A stretch of 64,000 nt of DNA from a virus: positions 1 through 64,000 of the IMG/VR virus record IMGVR_UViG_3300035157_001159; one strand, given 5' to 3'. The notes below the pieces were generated by a model, which saw nothing but the letters and a program-made list of their open reading frames with translations, searched no databases and was not told the DNA's origin. Shown here in pieces: positions 1 to 10,464 of this stretch; position 1 is the stretch's first letter, and each line of letters starts with the position of its first letter. The position numbers were made by a program, and so were the translations under genes.

Positions 1-1267
<1,267 letters not shown>

Positions 1268-1287
<20 letters not shown>

Positions 1288-1864
1288 TGCTCAATTAGAT
1301 CATCTTAATGAGATGAGAACAAAGGAATATGAACAGACTATTGAATGGGCAAAGGTAAAGGATAAGGAGGGATATAATGTTGTTTGGTTGGAGACTATTT
1401 CTAATACAGAACCATCATATTTAAAAGGTCAATTTCCATGCTATTGTACAGATAATCATAATCCAAATTATCAAAATAAAGGATCTAATCTTGGAATGGC
1501 GATGAGAAAGTTCTTTGATGATTGTGAAGTTGATGATGACTATGCGATATATCTAACAGGAAGATATCATTTTACAAAGAATACATTTTTTGATATAATG
1601 GAAGCTAATCCTGATTGTGATTTTTACGGTATGAATGATGGTAATGATCAATATTTTACTGGATGTTTTGCTATGAAAAAGAAGTATATGATTGATTGGT
1701 TAAATAAAACTAATTGGCATAATGTGAATACTAATATGATAAACTTTGAACAAACATTGTGGGATTACGTTAAAGAAAACTCACTATATACATGTGAAGT
1801 AGAGGACATGTATATGGATTGTAATGTATTTGGGGCAGGAACTCCTGTTAGATTAACACGATGA
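1268..1864 (+). CDS. hypothetical protein, possibly GT-A-fold glycosyltransferase
   Basis: Overlaps both neighbours in the glycan operon; LTGRY motif. Confidence 0.5.
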
Positions 1865-2670
1865 TATCATTTAATAGTTTAGGTAATTTAGGTAGATTGG
1901 GTAATCAGATGTTTCAGTATGCCTCTTTAAAGGGCATAGCAAGAAATCGTGGTTTTGAATTTACTATACCAGAAAGGGAAAAATTTGGTCAGAGGGATAT
2001 CAATGTTAGAGAAGATCCCTTTAATATATACGAAGTCTTTTGTGAGCTTAAACCAGATAAAATAGAAGAATCTTCAAACGAAGTTCTTATGGAAAAGGTT
2101 CATGGATTTGACGAAGATCTATTTAATAATTGCCCTGATAATGTAGATCTGTTTGGGTATTATCAATCACCTAAGTATTTTGAGAACATTGAAGATGAGA
2201 TCAAAAGAGAGTTTACTTTTGATGCTAAGACTGTTCATCCAGCAAAAAAATTATTAGATGATCTTGAAATTGGTGATGAAGCAATTTCTCTTCATGTTAG
2301 AAGGGGTGATTACATATATAATCCTAACCATCCAGTTCAATCTATAGAATATTATGAAGAAGCAATTAATATGTTATCACCTTCAAGTGATATTCCTGTA
2401 ATTGTTTTTTCTGATGATTGGATGTGGTGTAATGAACAGAAGTTCTTTGAAGATGATAGGTTTTTAATATCATCTAATAATGAACCAGATTTTGATATGT
2501 GTTTAATGACTATGTGTAATTATCATGTGATAGCAAATTCATCATTTTCTTGGTGGGGTGCTTGGTTAGGAAATAGTCAAAAAATAATCGCACCAAAAAA
2601 TTGGTTTGGTGCTGAATGTGTATACAAAGAGGTTGATGACATGGTGTTTGGAAATTGGAGTTGGTTATGA
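1861..2670 (+). CDS. alpha-1,2-fucosyltransferase (GT11)
   Basis: GRLGNQMFQYA, SLHVRRGDY and ANSSFSWWGAWL GT11 motifs. Confidence 0.92.
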   Translation: MISFNSLGNLGRLGNQMFQYASLKGIARNRGFEFTIPEREKFGQRDINVREDPFNIYEVFCELKPDKIEESSNEVLMEKVHGFDEDLFNNCPDNVDLFGYYQSPKYFENIEDEIKREFTFDAKTVHPAKKLLDDLEIGDEAISLHVRRGDYIYNPNHPVQSIEYYEEAINMLSPSSDIPVIVFSDDWMWCNEQKFFEDDRFLISSNNEPDFDMCLMTMCNYHVIANSSFSWWGAWLGNSQKIIAPKNWFGAECVYKEVDDMVFGNWSWL

Positions 2671-3611
2671 TTAATTTGTGGTATGATGAGAGGTATTGGA
2701 ACGCAACAAAATATGAGCGTTCTATTACGAAACATGATGTGGATACGGATGTTGATGGTAATCCTATACCACGACTTGTACCTAATCCAAGACTTACTGG
2801 TCCTGAAAAGGTTGTTATTAATACGATTAAATTATTAGAACTTGCTGGAGTTACCTATACTGTTAATGAGAATAAGTATAGAAATAATCTTATGCTACAG
2901 TATGATAATCGTCAGGCACAGAATCATGCTAAACTGGAAGCAGAAACTTGTGTAATTGGTCCTCAAGTATGGGTCTTTGATCATAATGGAAGATACTTGG
3001 CTAGAAATCCTGATTGTTATCATAAGTTAATTGCTCCATCTAAATGGGTAAGTGATTTCTTTATTAAAAAATGGTATCTACCTCCCAGTGTTATAGGTAC
3101 TTGGGCTGTAGGTATAGATGAATATGATAATAAAAGAGATATTCAATATGATTGTCTTTTATACACAAAACGTAGATCTGCTGAAGAGGTACAAGCAGCT
3201 AAAGATTTCTTAAAGAAGAAAAAGTTAACTTATAAGACTATTGAATATGGTCTTTATAACGAAGAAGAATTTTTAGAGTTGGCTAATCAAGCTAAATTTT
3301 GTTTTCTTGTTAACGGTACTGAGAGTCAAGGAATAGCAGTACAGGAAATTATGTCTTTAGGTGTTCCTTTATTTGTATGGGATCTATCTGAATGGCATGA
3401 TATGGGAGAACAGTGGGTGGTTCCTGCTACTTCTGTTCCTTATTGGGATGATAGATGTGGAGAAAAATTCTATACTCAAAAGAGTATGTCTAGAACATTC
3501 ACTAAGTTTAATAAGAAATTAAAGGCTGGTGAGTATGATCCTAAGTCTTATGTGAAAGAAAATTTATCACATGAAGTTTCTGCTAAAAATCTTTTGAGTC
3601 TTTGGGATTAA
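2667..3611 (+). CDS. GT-B (GT4-like) glycosyltransferase
   Basis: ESQGIAVQEIMSLGVP (E-x7-E); ATGA overlap with upstream stop at 2667-2670. Confidence 0.7.
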   Translation: MINLWYDERYWNATKYERSITKHDVDTDVDGNPIPRLVPNPRLTGPEKVVINTIKLLELAGVTYTVNENKYRNNLMLQYDNRQAQNHAKLEAETCVIGPQVWVFDHNGRYLARNPDCYHKLIAPSKWVSDFFIKKWYLPPSVIGTWAVGIDEYDNKRDIQYDCLLYTKRRSAEEVQAAKDFLKKKKLTYKTIEYGLYNEEEFLELANQAKFCFLVNGTESQGIAVQEIMSLGVPLFVWDLSEWHDMGEQWVVPATSVPYWDDRCGEKFYTQKSMSRTFTKFNKKLKAGEYDPKSYVKENLSHEVSAKNLLSLWD

Positions 3612-4307
3612 ATGAAAATATGTATATTAACAATTGCCACTAACAAATACATTCAATTTGTTGAGGAGTTGTATAATAATATTGAGGAACACTTTCTCAA
3701 TGGTCATGATATAGAAGGTATTATTTTTACAGAACATGAGGTAGAGGTATCTGATAATATTAAGGTATCTCAGATTGAACATGAACCTTGGCCTATGCCT
3801 ACCTTGAAAAGGTATAATTATTTTATGAAAGAAGCAGAGCATATTTCTAAGTATGACTACTGCTTCTATTTTGATGTTGATATGGGATTGGTTGCTAAGG
3901 TCGGTGATGAAGTCCTAAGTGATCTTGTTGCTACCATGCATCCCTATCAATCATTTTCTCCTAAAGAACAGAGAACATATGATCGTAATCCAAAATCATT
4001 AGCTTATGTTTCACCTGGTGATGAAGGTGAGCATTATTATGCTGGAGGTTTCAATGGTGGATCTACTAAAGAGTTTCTTAAAATGTCAGAGGTTATTGCT
4101 AATAGGGTGACAAAAGAGTTGGAACATGATATCATAGCATTATGGCATGATGAATCTCATATGAATAGGTATCTAATAGATAACCCACCTAGTCTTACAT
4201 TGACTCCATCTTATTGTTTTGCTGAAGAGCAGATGGGAAATCCAAATTATCCTTTTGAACCAAAGATCATTGCTCTTAAGAAAAATCATAATGAATTAAG
4301 AAATTGA
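3612..4307 (+). CDS. GT6 glycosyltransferase (ABO/alpha-1,3-Gal(NAc)-transferase family)
   Basis: IATNKY, FDVD (DXD), YYAGGFNGG and WHDESHMNRY motifs. Confidence 0.92.
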   Translation: MKICILTIATNKYIQFVEELYNNIEEHFLNGHDIEGIIFTEHEVEVSDNIKVSQIEHEPWPMPTLKRYNYFMKEAEHISKYDYCFYFDVDMGLVAKVGDEVLSDLVATMHPYQSFSPKEQRTYDRNPKSLAYVSPGDEGEHYYAGGFNGGSTKEFLKMSEVIANRVTKELEHDIIALWHDESHMNRYLIDNPPSLTLTPSYCFAEEQMGNPNYPFEPKIIALKKNHNELRN

Positions 4308-4308
4308 T

Positions 4309-4965
4309 ATGTATAGTTATAGAGCATGTTTAGGACAAATAGAATTTCCTTCATATTATAAACCAGTTGTATTTGATGTTGGGTGTAATATTAATGAGAT
4401 ACCATCTCACTGTGGAACTCTTGATGATTTTACTGAGTTATTTTTATCTCAATATTCAAAGTCTAAGGCATATGGAATAGATCCTTTATATTGGCAAGCA
4501 TATGAGGATAAGTGGAAAGATGATGAAAGAGTTACGGTAGTTAAGAAAGCACTTACTGATACTATAGGAACATGTACTTTATATACTCCTGGATCAGATA
4601 ATCCAATAGAAGCACATGCTATCTCTTCATTATATAATAGGGAATGTTTTTGTGAAGGTATAGCAGAACATAAAGTTGAATGTACTACACTTGAAACTTT
4701 ATTTGATGAATTGGATTTAGAGATAATAGATTATCTTAAGATAGATGCTGAAGGTGCTGAATTAAGTATTCTAAAGGGATCTGAGTCTTTACTTAAAAAG
4801 GAAAAGATTAGTTGTATTCAGTTGGAATATGGTGGTGCTTATGAGGATGCTGGTTATACTATTAAAGATGTGGTAGAATATTTGGGTAGTAGTGGATATA
4901 AGGAGTTCTTTAGAACTAATGATGAATTATTATTTGCACACGAATCTGATATTCCACCAGATTAA
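4309..4965 (+). CDS. FkbM-family SAM methyltransferase
   Basis: VFDVGCN, IDYLKIDAEGAE motifs. Confidence 0.85.
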   Translation: MYSYRACLGQIEFPSYYKPVVFDVGCNINEIPSHCGTLDDFTELFLSQYSKSKAYGIDPLYWQAYEDKWKDDERVTVVKKALTDTIGTCTLYTPGSDNPIEAHAISSLYNRECFCEGIAEHKVECTTLETLFDELDLEIIDYLKIDAEGAELSILKGSESLLKKEKISCIQLEYGGAYEDAGYTIKDVVEYLGSSGYKEFFRTNDELLFAHESDIPPD

Positions 4966-4982
4966 ATTATTGGAGATTAAAA

Positions 4983-5630
4983 ATGAGAAAGATTGATCTG
5001 AGAGATATACCAGTCATCTATATGAATCTTGAGCAGCATACTGAAAAGGATGCTAATATGAAAAAGATTTTATTTCAATGTGGGTTTAAAACTATACTTC
5101 GTTTAGAGGGTGTTGCTAGACCAGATAATCCTGTTGCTGGATGTTCTTCTGCTCACCATAAAGCATTGATAGAAATAGATCCTCCATTTATAATTTTTGA
5201 AGATGATTGTCAAATTAAAAATTTTAGACCTGAAGTTGAGATACCTGAAGATGCTGATGCTGTATATCTAGGAATATCTTCTTGGGGTAGAATGAATGGG
5301 CATTCTGGTCCTTATGTTCAGTATGATCAAGTGAAGGATGATCTCTATAGGGTTTATAATATGTTAGGTGGTCATGCCGTGTTATATCTAACAGAAGACT
5401 ATATTAAGATGTGTCAGAAGGTTACTTATCATGCTGGATATGTAATTGAAGATTATCAAGACATTGGATTTGCTGAGATACAAAGATGGTTTAATGTATA
5501 CGCATTTGATGATCCTTTCTTCTATCAGACTAGTGGGTATCATGGAACTGTGGAAGCATTAACAAGTTATCCTACAGAAGAGTGCTTTGCATTTAATAAA
5601 AATTATTTCTTACCTGAAAAAATATCATGA
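4983..5630 (+). CDS. GT25-like glycosyltransferase
   Basis: YMNL, GCSSAH, IIFEDD motifs. Confidence 0.7.
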   Translation: MRKIDLRDIPVIYMNLEQHTEKDANMKKILFQCGFKTILRLEGVARPDNPVAGCSSAHHKALIEIDPPFIIFEDDCQIKNFRPEVEIPEDADAVYLGISSWGRMNGHSGPYVQYDQVKDDLYRVYNMLGGHAVLYLTEDYIKMCQKVTYHAGYVIEDYQDIGFAEIQRWFNVYAFDDPFFYQTSGYHGTVEALTSYPTEECFAFNKNYFLPEKIS

Positions 5631-6535
5631 AGACTAAATCTTTAGTTACTGGTGGTGCTGGATTTATTGGATCTAATTTAGTAGATAAACTCTTAACTAT
5701 GGGTCATGAAGTCATAGTTATAGATAATCAATTCTCTGAGGCTCATGATGAATTCTATTGGAATTTTCATGGACAAAACTATCGTATGGATATTAGAGAT
5801 TATTCTCTTACACGTAAATTATATGATGGGGTGGACTATGTATTTCATCTTGCTGCAGAAGCAAGGATACAACCTGCTATAGAGAATCCTATAGAAGCAG
5901 TTAGTATTAACTCTGTAGGAACCTGTACAGTTCTTCAGTGTGCTAGAGAGGCAGGTGTAAAGAGAGTAATGTATTCTTCAACATCTTCTGGTTACGGTAT
6001 GAATGAACCTCCTAATGTGGAGACACAAGATGATGATTGTTTAAATCCTTACTCAGTATCTAAAGTTAATGGTGAGAAGTTATGTAAAATGTATACCAGT
6101 TTGTATGGATTGGAGACGGTATGTTTTAGATACTTTAATGTATATGGTAATAGGCAACCTCTGAAGGGGCAGTATGCTCCTGTGATAGGTATATTTCTAA
6201 GACAACTGGCTGCTGGTGAACCATTGACTATTGTTGGTGATGGAGAGCAGAGAAGAGATTTTACTCATGTAGATGATGTTGTTAATGCTAATATAAAAGC
6301 AGCACTAGCAAACATAGATGATAAATGTTTTGGGCAAGTTTATAATGTAGGAACTGGTTTGAATCATTCTATTAATGAGATTGCTGCTATGATATCAGAT
6401 AATGTAATTCATATTCCACCACGACCTGGTGAAGCTAAGATCAGTCTTGCTAACAATACTAAACTTAGAGAAACTTTTGATTGGGAACCAACAGTTAAAC
6501 TTGAAACCTATCTTGTTGGTATGTTAAATGGCTAA
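5627..6535 (+). CDS. NAD-dependent NDP-sugar epimerase/dehydratase (GalE/WbpP-like)
   Basis: TGGAGFIGS, YSVSK (YxxxK), RYFNVYG, GDGEQRRDF. Confidence 0.9.
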   Translation: MKTKSLVTGGAGFIGSNLVDKLLTMGHEVIVIDNQFSEAHDEFYWNFHGQNYRMDIRDYSLTRKLYDGVDYVFHLAAEARIQPAIENPIEAVSINSVGTCTVLQCAREAGVKRVMYSSTSSGYGMNEPPNVETQDDDCLNPYSVSKVNGEKLCKMYTSLYGLETVCFRYFNVYGNRQPLKGQYAPVIGIFLRQLAAGEPLTIVGDGEQRRDFTHVDDVVNANIKAALANIDDKCFGQVYNVGTGLNHSINEIAAMISDNVIHIPPRPGEAKISLANNTKLRETFDWEPTVKLETYLVGMLNG

Positions 6536-7958
6536 GTATGTAAATGAAATTGTTATAGTAGGTGGAGGAACTTCTGGGTGGCTTGCCGCTAAAACTTTGT
6601 CTAGTAAAATTTCATTTACTAAAGTTACTTTGATTGATAAAGAAATTTCTGAACCAGTAGGTGTAGGAGAGGCAACTCTTGTAGGGTTCAAACCATTTTT
6701 AAAAGAAGTTTGCTTTTTTTCGGATTATGAAATAAATGAATGTTTACATTATTGTGAATCTGTAAGAAAGAATGGTATTTTATTTCCTGATTGGGGGATA
6801 GATGGAAATGATATATGGCATCCTTTTTATTTTGCAAATATGTTTTCTAATTGTATCGATAAACCATTATTGATTGATGCTTGGTCATTACAAGATGTTA
6901 TTGATATTAAAGAAATAATGCCTGATAAGATGAAAGAGAGTGATACATTTGCTGAACATATTAATGCTTTAAAACTTGTTGAGTATTTAAAAAATAATTT
7001 ACTTAATAATGATAGTCATACTAAGATTAATTATATACAATCTGCAGTTAAGGATATTGCTAGAGATGATAATGGAATATCTTCTTTAACATTGGAAGAT
7101 GGTAGTATTGTTGGTGGGGATTTGTTTATAGATTGTACTGGTTTTAAAAGTATTCTTAAAGATAATAGAGATAGAGTAGATCTATCAGATCGTTTATATG
7201 TTGATACTGCTATTGCTGGACATATTGACTATCTTGACAAAAAAGAAATTGTTCCATATGTTTCTTGTCCAGCAGTTGATCATGGATGGATATGGAAAAT
7301 TCCTTTAAATACTAGAATGGGATCTGGTTTAGTTTTCAATAGGAATATAACTGATATTGAGGAGGCAAAGAAATATTTTTGTCAGCATTGGGATAATAGA
7401 ATATCTCTAGATGATCTAACTGTTATTGATTGGACTCCATACTATGATAATAATCAATGGGATAAGAATGTTATTTCTATTGGATTATCTGCTGGATTTA
7501 TAGAACCACTTGAAAGTACTGGAATTGAAATGATATTGAGAGGGTTGAGACAATTATCTGATATTATTGGATCTAGATGGTATAATGATATGGCTATTAG
7601 ATATTTTAACAATTATATGATAGATCAATTTGATACTGCTGTTGATTTTGTTAATATGCATTATTCAATATCAACAAAGAATACACCTTTTTGGAGTTAT
7701 GTGAGAGATAAGTATCTATCTTCTGAAACCTTAAAAATATTCTCTGATAATTTAAGTAGTCAAGAACCTTCAATATACGAATTTCCAAGTAATCACTTTA
7801 TAGGTGCTGGTAGTTGGATACATTGGATGGTACAATTAGGATATCCTATATCTAAGAAAGAATATCTTATAGGTAAAAAAAAGATACGGGATCAAGAAAT
7901 TAAAATAGATACTAATATAATGGATATATTAAAGAATGTAATTGGATGGATACATTGA
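6528..7958 (+). CDS. flavin-dependent tryptophan-halogenase-family protein
   Basis: GGGTSG, GVGEAT, conserved Lys (RKNGI), FIDCTGF, GWIWKIP, FIEPLESTG. Confidence 0.88.
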   Translation: MAKYVNEIVIVGGGTSGWLAAKTLSSKISFTKVTLIDKEISEPVGVGEATLVGFKPFLKEVCFFSDYEINECLHYCESVRKNGILFPDWGIDGNDIWHPFYFANMFSNCIDKPLLIDAWSLQDVIDIKEIMPDKMKESDTFAEHINALKLVEYLKNNLLNNDSHTKINYIQSAVKDIARDDNGISSLTLEDGSIVGGDLFIDCTGFKSILKDNRDRVDLSDRLYVDTAIAGHIDYLDKKEIVPYVSCPAVDHGWIWKIPLNTRMGSGLVFNRNITDIEEAKKYFCQHWDNRISLDDLTVIDWTPYYDNNQWDKNVISIGLSAGFIEPLESTGIEMILRGLRQLSDIIGSRWYNDMAIRYFNNYMIDQFDTAVDFVNMHYSISTKNTPFWSYVRDKYLSSETLKIFSDNLSSQEPSIYEFPSNHFIGAGSWIHWMVQLGYPISKKEYLIGKKKIRDQEIKIDTNIMDILKNVIGWIH

Positions 7959-8747
7959 ATGGATAAGAATAAAGCACTACACAAACTTAAAGGTCTTCCT
8001 CACGTATATTGTATTAATCTTGATGGTGAACCAAATAGATGGGAATCTATGGAGACAATGCTTAAGTATTGGGAAGTAGAAAACTATACTCGTATCTCTG
8101 CTTATGATGGTAGAGAAGATGATCTGGGTGATATTCTTAAGGGTAGGTATCCTGATCAAATGTCTGGTGGTGAGGTTGGATGTACTACTTCACATCTTAA
8201 AGCAATGAAGGAGTTTCTTAAAACTGATGCTCCTTGTGCTATCATTATGGAAGATGATTGTGATCTTGGACCAGTAGCACATTGGGGATTTACTTGGAAA
8301 GATTTTTACGCAAAGGTTCCATATGATTATGATGTAATTCAACTTGCTATTATTAATCCAGCACAGATGTATGTTCAATTACATCGTAGGTTTGTAAATG
8401 ATTTCTCTACAGCATGTTATATGATTACAAGACATCATGCGGAAAAACTTGTTAGGTTACATTGTAGAGGTGATAAGTATAAGTTGGATCAAGGTGTCTT
8501 GCCTAGAGCAGTGGCAGATGATTTAATATACAATTCAGGAAATACTTTTTCCATACCACTATTTCTTTATAAGATTGAGTTAGGATCTTCGATACATGAC
8601 ATACATGTAAATGTATTTCATAAATCAAGTTATGAAGGTCTATGGCAGTTTTGGAGATCAGATGCTCAGAATATAGATGATTGGAATCCAATGTTTTCGT
8701 ATGATCCGTACTTTAATCGTATCCCACCTGGTTTTGAAGGTAAGTAA
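7959..8747 (+). CDS. GT25 glycosyltransferase
   Basis: CINLD, GEVGCTTSHL, IMEDD motifs. Confidence 0.82.
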   Translation: MDKNKALHKLKGLPHVYCINLDGEPNRWESMETMLKYWEVENYTRISAYDGREDDLGDILKGRYPDQMSGGEVGCTTSHLKAMKEFLKTDAPCAIIMEDDCDLGPVAHWGFTWKDFYAKVPYDYDVIQLAIINPAQMYVQLHRRFVNDFSTACYMITRHHAEKLVRLHCRGDKYKLDQGVLPRAVADDLIYNSGNTFSIPLFLYKIELGSSIHDIHVNVFHKSSYEGLWQFWRSDAQNIDDWNPMFSYDPYFNRIPPGFEGK

Positions 8748-8763
8748 TATAAGGTAACTTTAT

Positions 8764-8786
8764 GGAGGTCATTAGACCTCCTTTTT
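8764..8786 (+). terminator. intrinsic terminator ending the glycan operon
   Basis: GGAGGTC-ATTA-GACCTCC then TTTTT. Confidence 0.85.
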
Positions 8787-8804
8787 ATTGTTCGGGTTCC
8801 CCTA

Positions 8805-8842
8805 TTGTAAAGTTTTATGTATAACTTTATAATTACTAAATA
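8805..8842 (+). promoter_or_regulatory. sigma70-type promoter for hli cluster, plus late-like CTAAATA
   Basis: TTGTAA 8805-8810, 17 nt spacer, TATAAT 8828-8833. Confidence 0.6.
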
Positions 8843-8869
8843 ATTTTGTTACTATTCTTAACACAATAA

Positions 8870-9079
8870 ATGACTTCTACGACTTCCAAGAAGTATACCA
8901 CAACTGAGTATGGTAAGCAGAACATGTTTGCTGCTCAACCTCCTATGGAGTATGTGGAGAACTATCAAGGATATTGGAAGAATGCTGAGTTACTCAATGG
9001 TCGCCTAGCGATGATTGGTTTATTCGCAGCAATCCACAACTACGCCATCTTCGGATGGGTAATTCCAGGCATTGCCTGA
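8870..9079 (+). CDS. hli: high-light inducible protein
   Basis: AELLNGRLAMIG chlorophyll-binding helix; TEYGKQNMFA N-terminus. Confidence 0.93.
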   Translation: MTSTTSKKYTTTEYGKQNMFAAQPPMEYVENYQGYWKNAELLNGRLAMIGLFAAIHNYAIFGWVIPGIA

Positions 9080-9159
9080 ATCTTATAGGTCTTTTACACC
9101 GCCAGTGTTGACCTCTGGCTACTTTTTAACCCTCAATCTAATAAAAGGAGAAAACAACA

Positions 9160-9267
9160 ATGACACCAGAAGCAGAAAAGTTTAATGGTTGGATGGCAAT
9201 GATTGGATTCGTTGCAGCAATGGGAGCATATCTCACAACAGGACAAATCATTCCAGGTATATTCTAA
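9160..9267 (+). CDS. hli: high-light inducible protein, 35 aa (not in ORF track)
   Basis: MTPEAEKFNGWMAMIGFVAAMGAYLTTGQIIPGIF; AAGGAG SD upstream. Confidence 0.93.
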   Translation: MTPEAEKFNGWMAMIGFVAAMGAYLTTGQIIPGIF

Positions 9268-9380
9268 TGAAAAACGAAAATATATTTTTAAGAGCACAAG
9301 GTCGTGCAGCAATGATGGGATTCCTAGTTATCTGTGGAACCTATGCATTTACAGGACACATCATTCCAGGTATCTACTAA
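9267..9380 (+). CDS. hli: high-light inducible protein, 37 aa
   Basis: MKNENIFLRAQGRAAMMGF...TGHIIPGIY; TAATG coupling. Confidence 0.85.
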   Translation: MKNENIFLRAQGRAAMMGFLVICGTYAFTGHIIPGIY

Positions 9381-9526
9381 TGTCAAAAACTACAAAGAAC
9401 AATGAAACAAATCAAGTTGACTTCTCCATCGCTGAGAAGTGGAATGGTATTGCTGCTATCGTTGGTTGCGTTGCTGCCTTCGCTAGTTACAGCTTCACTG
9501 GGCAACTCATACCTGGTTTAGTATAA
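9380..9526 (+). CDS. hli: high-light inducible protein, 48 aa
   Basis: AEKWNGIAAIVG...TGQLIPGLV; TAATG coupling. Confidence 0.85.
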   Translation: MSKTTKNNETNQVDFSIAEKWNGIAAIVGCVAAFASYSFTGQLIPGLV

Positions 9527-9529
9527 ATA
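9522..9529 (+). promoter_or_regulatory. T4-like late promoter
   Basis: TATAAATA 32 nt upstream of the ORF at 9561. Confidence 0.65.
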
Positions 9530-9560
9530 CCTACTCGTAGCAATTTACAGAAAGAAATCA

Positions 9561-9749
9561 ATGGGCGACTTATCAGCCGCAACAGATACAATTTCACCTC
9601 TAACAGCAGTCCTATGGTGTTTCTACCCTATGGCTGCTTTAGTTTTAGTGGAACTTATTTTAAGAGCATTTAATAATGATGATGACGATGATGATGGAGG
9701 TAAGGGTATTAGAATAACACAACCACTTCCAGTACCTTCTGGTGTTTGA
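9561..9749 (+). CDS. small membrane protein with poly-Asp tract
   Basis: One hydrophobic helix followed by NNDDDDDDGGKG. Confidence 0.7.
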   Translation: MGDLSAATDTISPLTAVLWCFYPMAALVLVELILRAFNNDDDDDDGGKGIRITQPLPVPSGV

Positions 9750-9791
9750 AGGTACAATTACCTATATAATATAAGTTAAGTATTTTTACTC

Positions 9792-9872
9792 ATGCCACAA
9801 GCAATTTTTATTGGACTGTTAGGTGTATATCTATATTTTGGTGATTCCCTTACACAATTCTTATTTGCGTAA
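9792..9872 (+). CDS. 26-aa hydrophobic peptide (not in ORF track)
   Basis: MPQAIFIGLLGVYLYFGDSLTQFLFA; TATAAT a short distance upstream. Confidence 0.45.
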   Translation: MPQAIFIGLLGVYLYFGDSLTQFLFA

Positions 9873-9908
9873 TAAGTAAAATAAATAACATCGACTTGTT
9901 AAATTTAA

Positions 9909-10202
9909 ATGGCTTATTCCATTACACTCCGTTCACCTGATGGAGAAGAGAATGTTATTCAGTGTGAAGAAGATCAATATATTCTAGAAGCAGCAGAGGA
10001 TGCTGGTATAGATTTACCATCATCTTGTAGAGCAGGAGCATGTTCCTCTTGTTTAGCAAAAGTATTAGAAGGAAGTGTTAATAATGATGAGCAATCATTC
10101 TTGGATGATGAACAGTTAGAAGAAGGATGGTCTCTTATATGCGTAGCGACACCAGAATCAGATTGTGTTATTCTAACAGAACAAGAGGATAATCTAGACT
10201 AA
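9909..10202 (+). CDS. petF: plant-type [2Fe-2S] ferredoxin
   Basis: [13 protein letters not shown]...LICVA. Confidence 0.96.
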   Translation: MAYSITLRSPDGEENVIQCEEDQYILEAAEDAGIDLPSSCRAGACSSCLAKVLEGSVNNDEQSFLDDEQLEEGWSLICVATPESDCVILTEQEDNLD

Positions 10203-10218
10203 TAAAATAAATATTGCT

Positions 10219-10443
10219 ATGTTATTTCCAAAGCGATATGCAAGTTGCCCTTGGCCTGATTCGAGGTATAGAGAGTATATGAACGGACGACTTAAAAAGA
10301 TCGATATGAAAGCCCGTCTTATGCAAATTAAGAAGGGGATCGATGATGAGACTTGGTATCCTAATTGGGATGGTAAGGAAAGATGGGCAGCTCAACAAGC
10401 ACTTAACAATGCTTTAGATGTTCTTGATGAATACGACTACTAA
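10219..10443 (+). CDS. hypothetical protein (alternative start 10279)
   Basis: ORF fills the gap after petF; ATAAATA just upstream. Confidence 0.65.
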   Translation: MLFPKRYASCPWPDSRYREYMNGRLKKIDMKARLMQIKKGIDDETWYPNWDGKERWAAQQALNNALDVLDEYDY

Positions 10444-10464
10444 ATATCTAAAAAGTATACTTTT

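Noticed and set aside
9189-9526. ORF-track calls 9189..9380 and 9203..9526
   Set aside because: Over-extended starts; the genes are hli at 9160, 9267 and 9380
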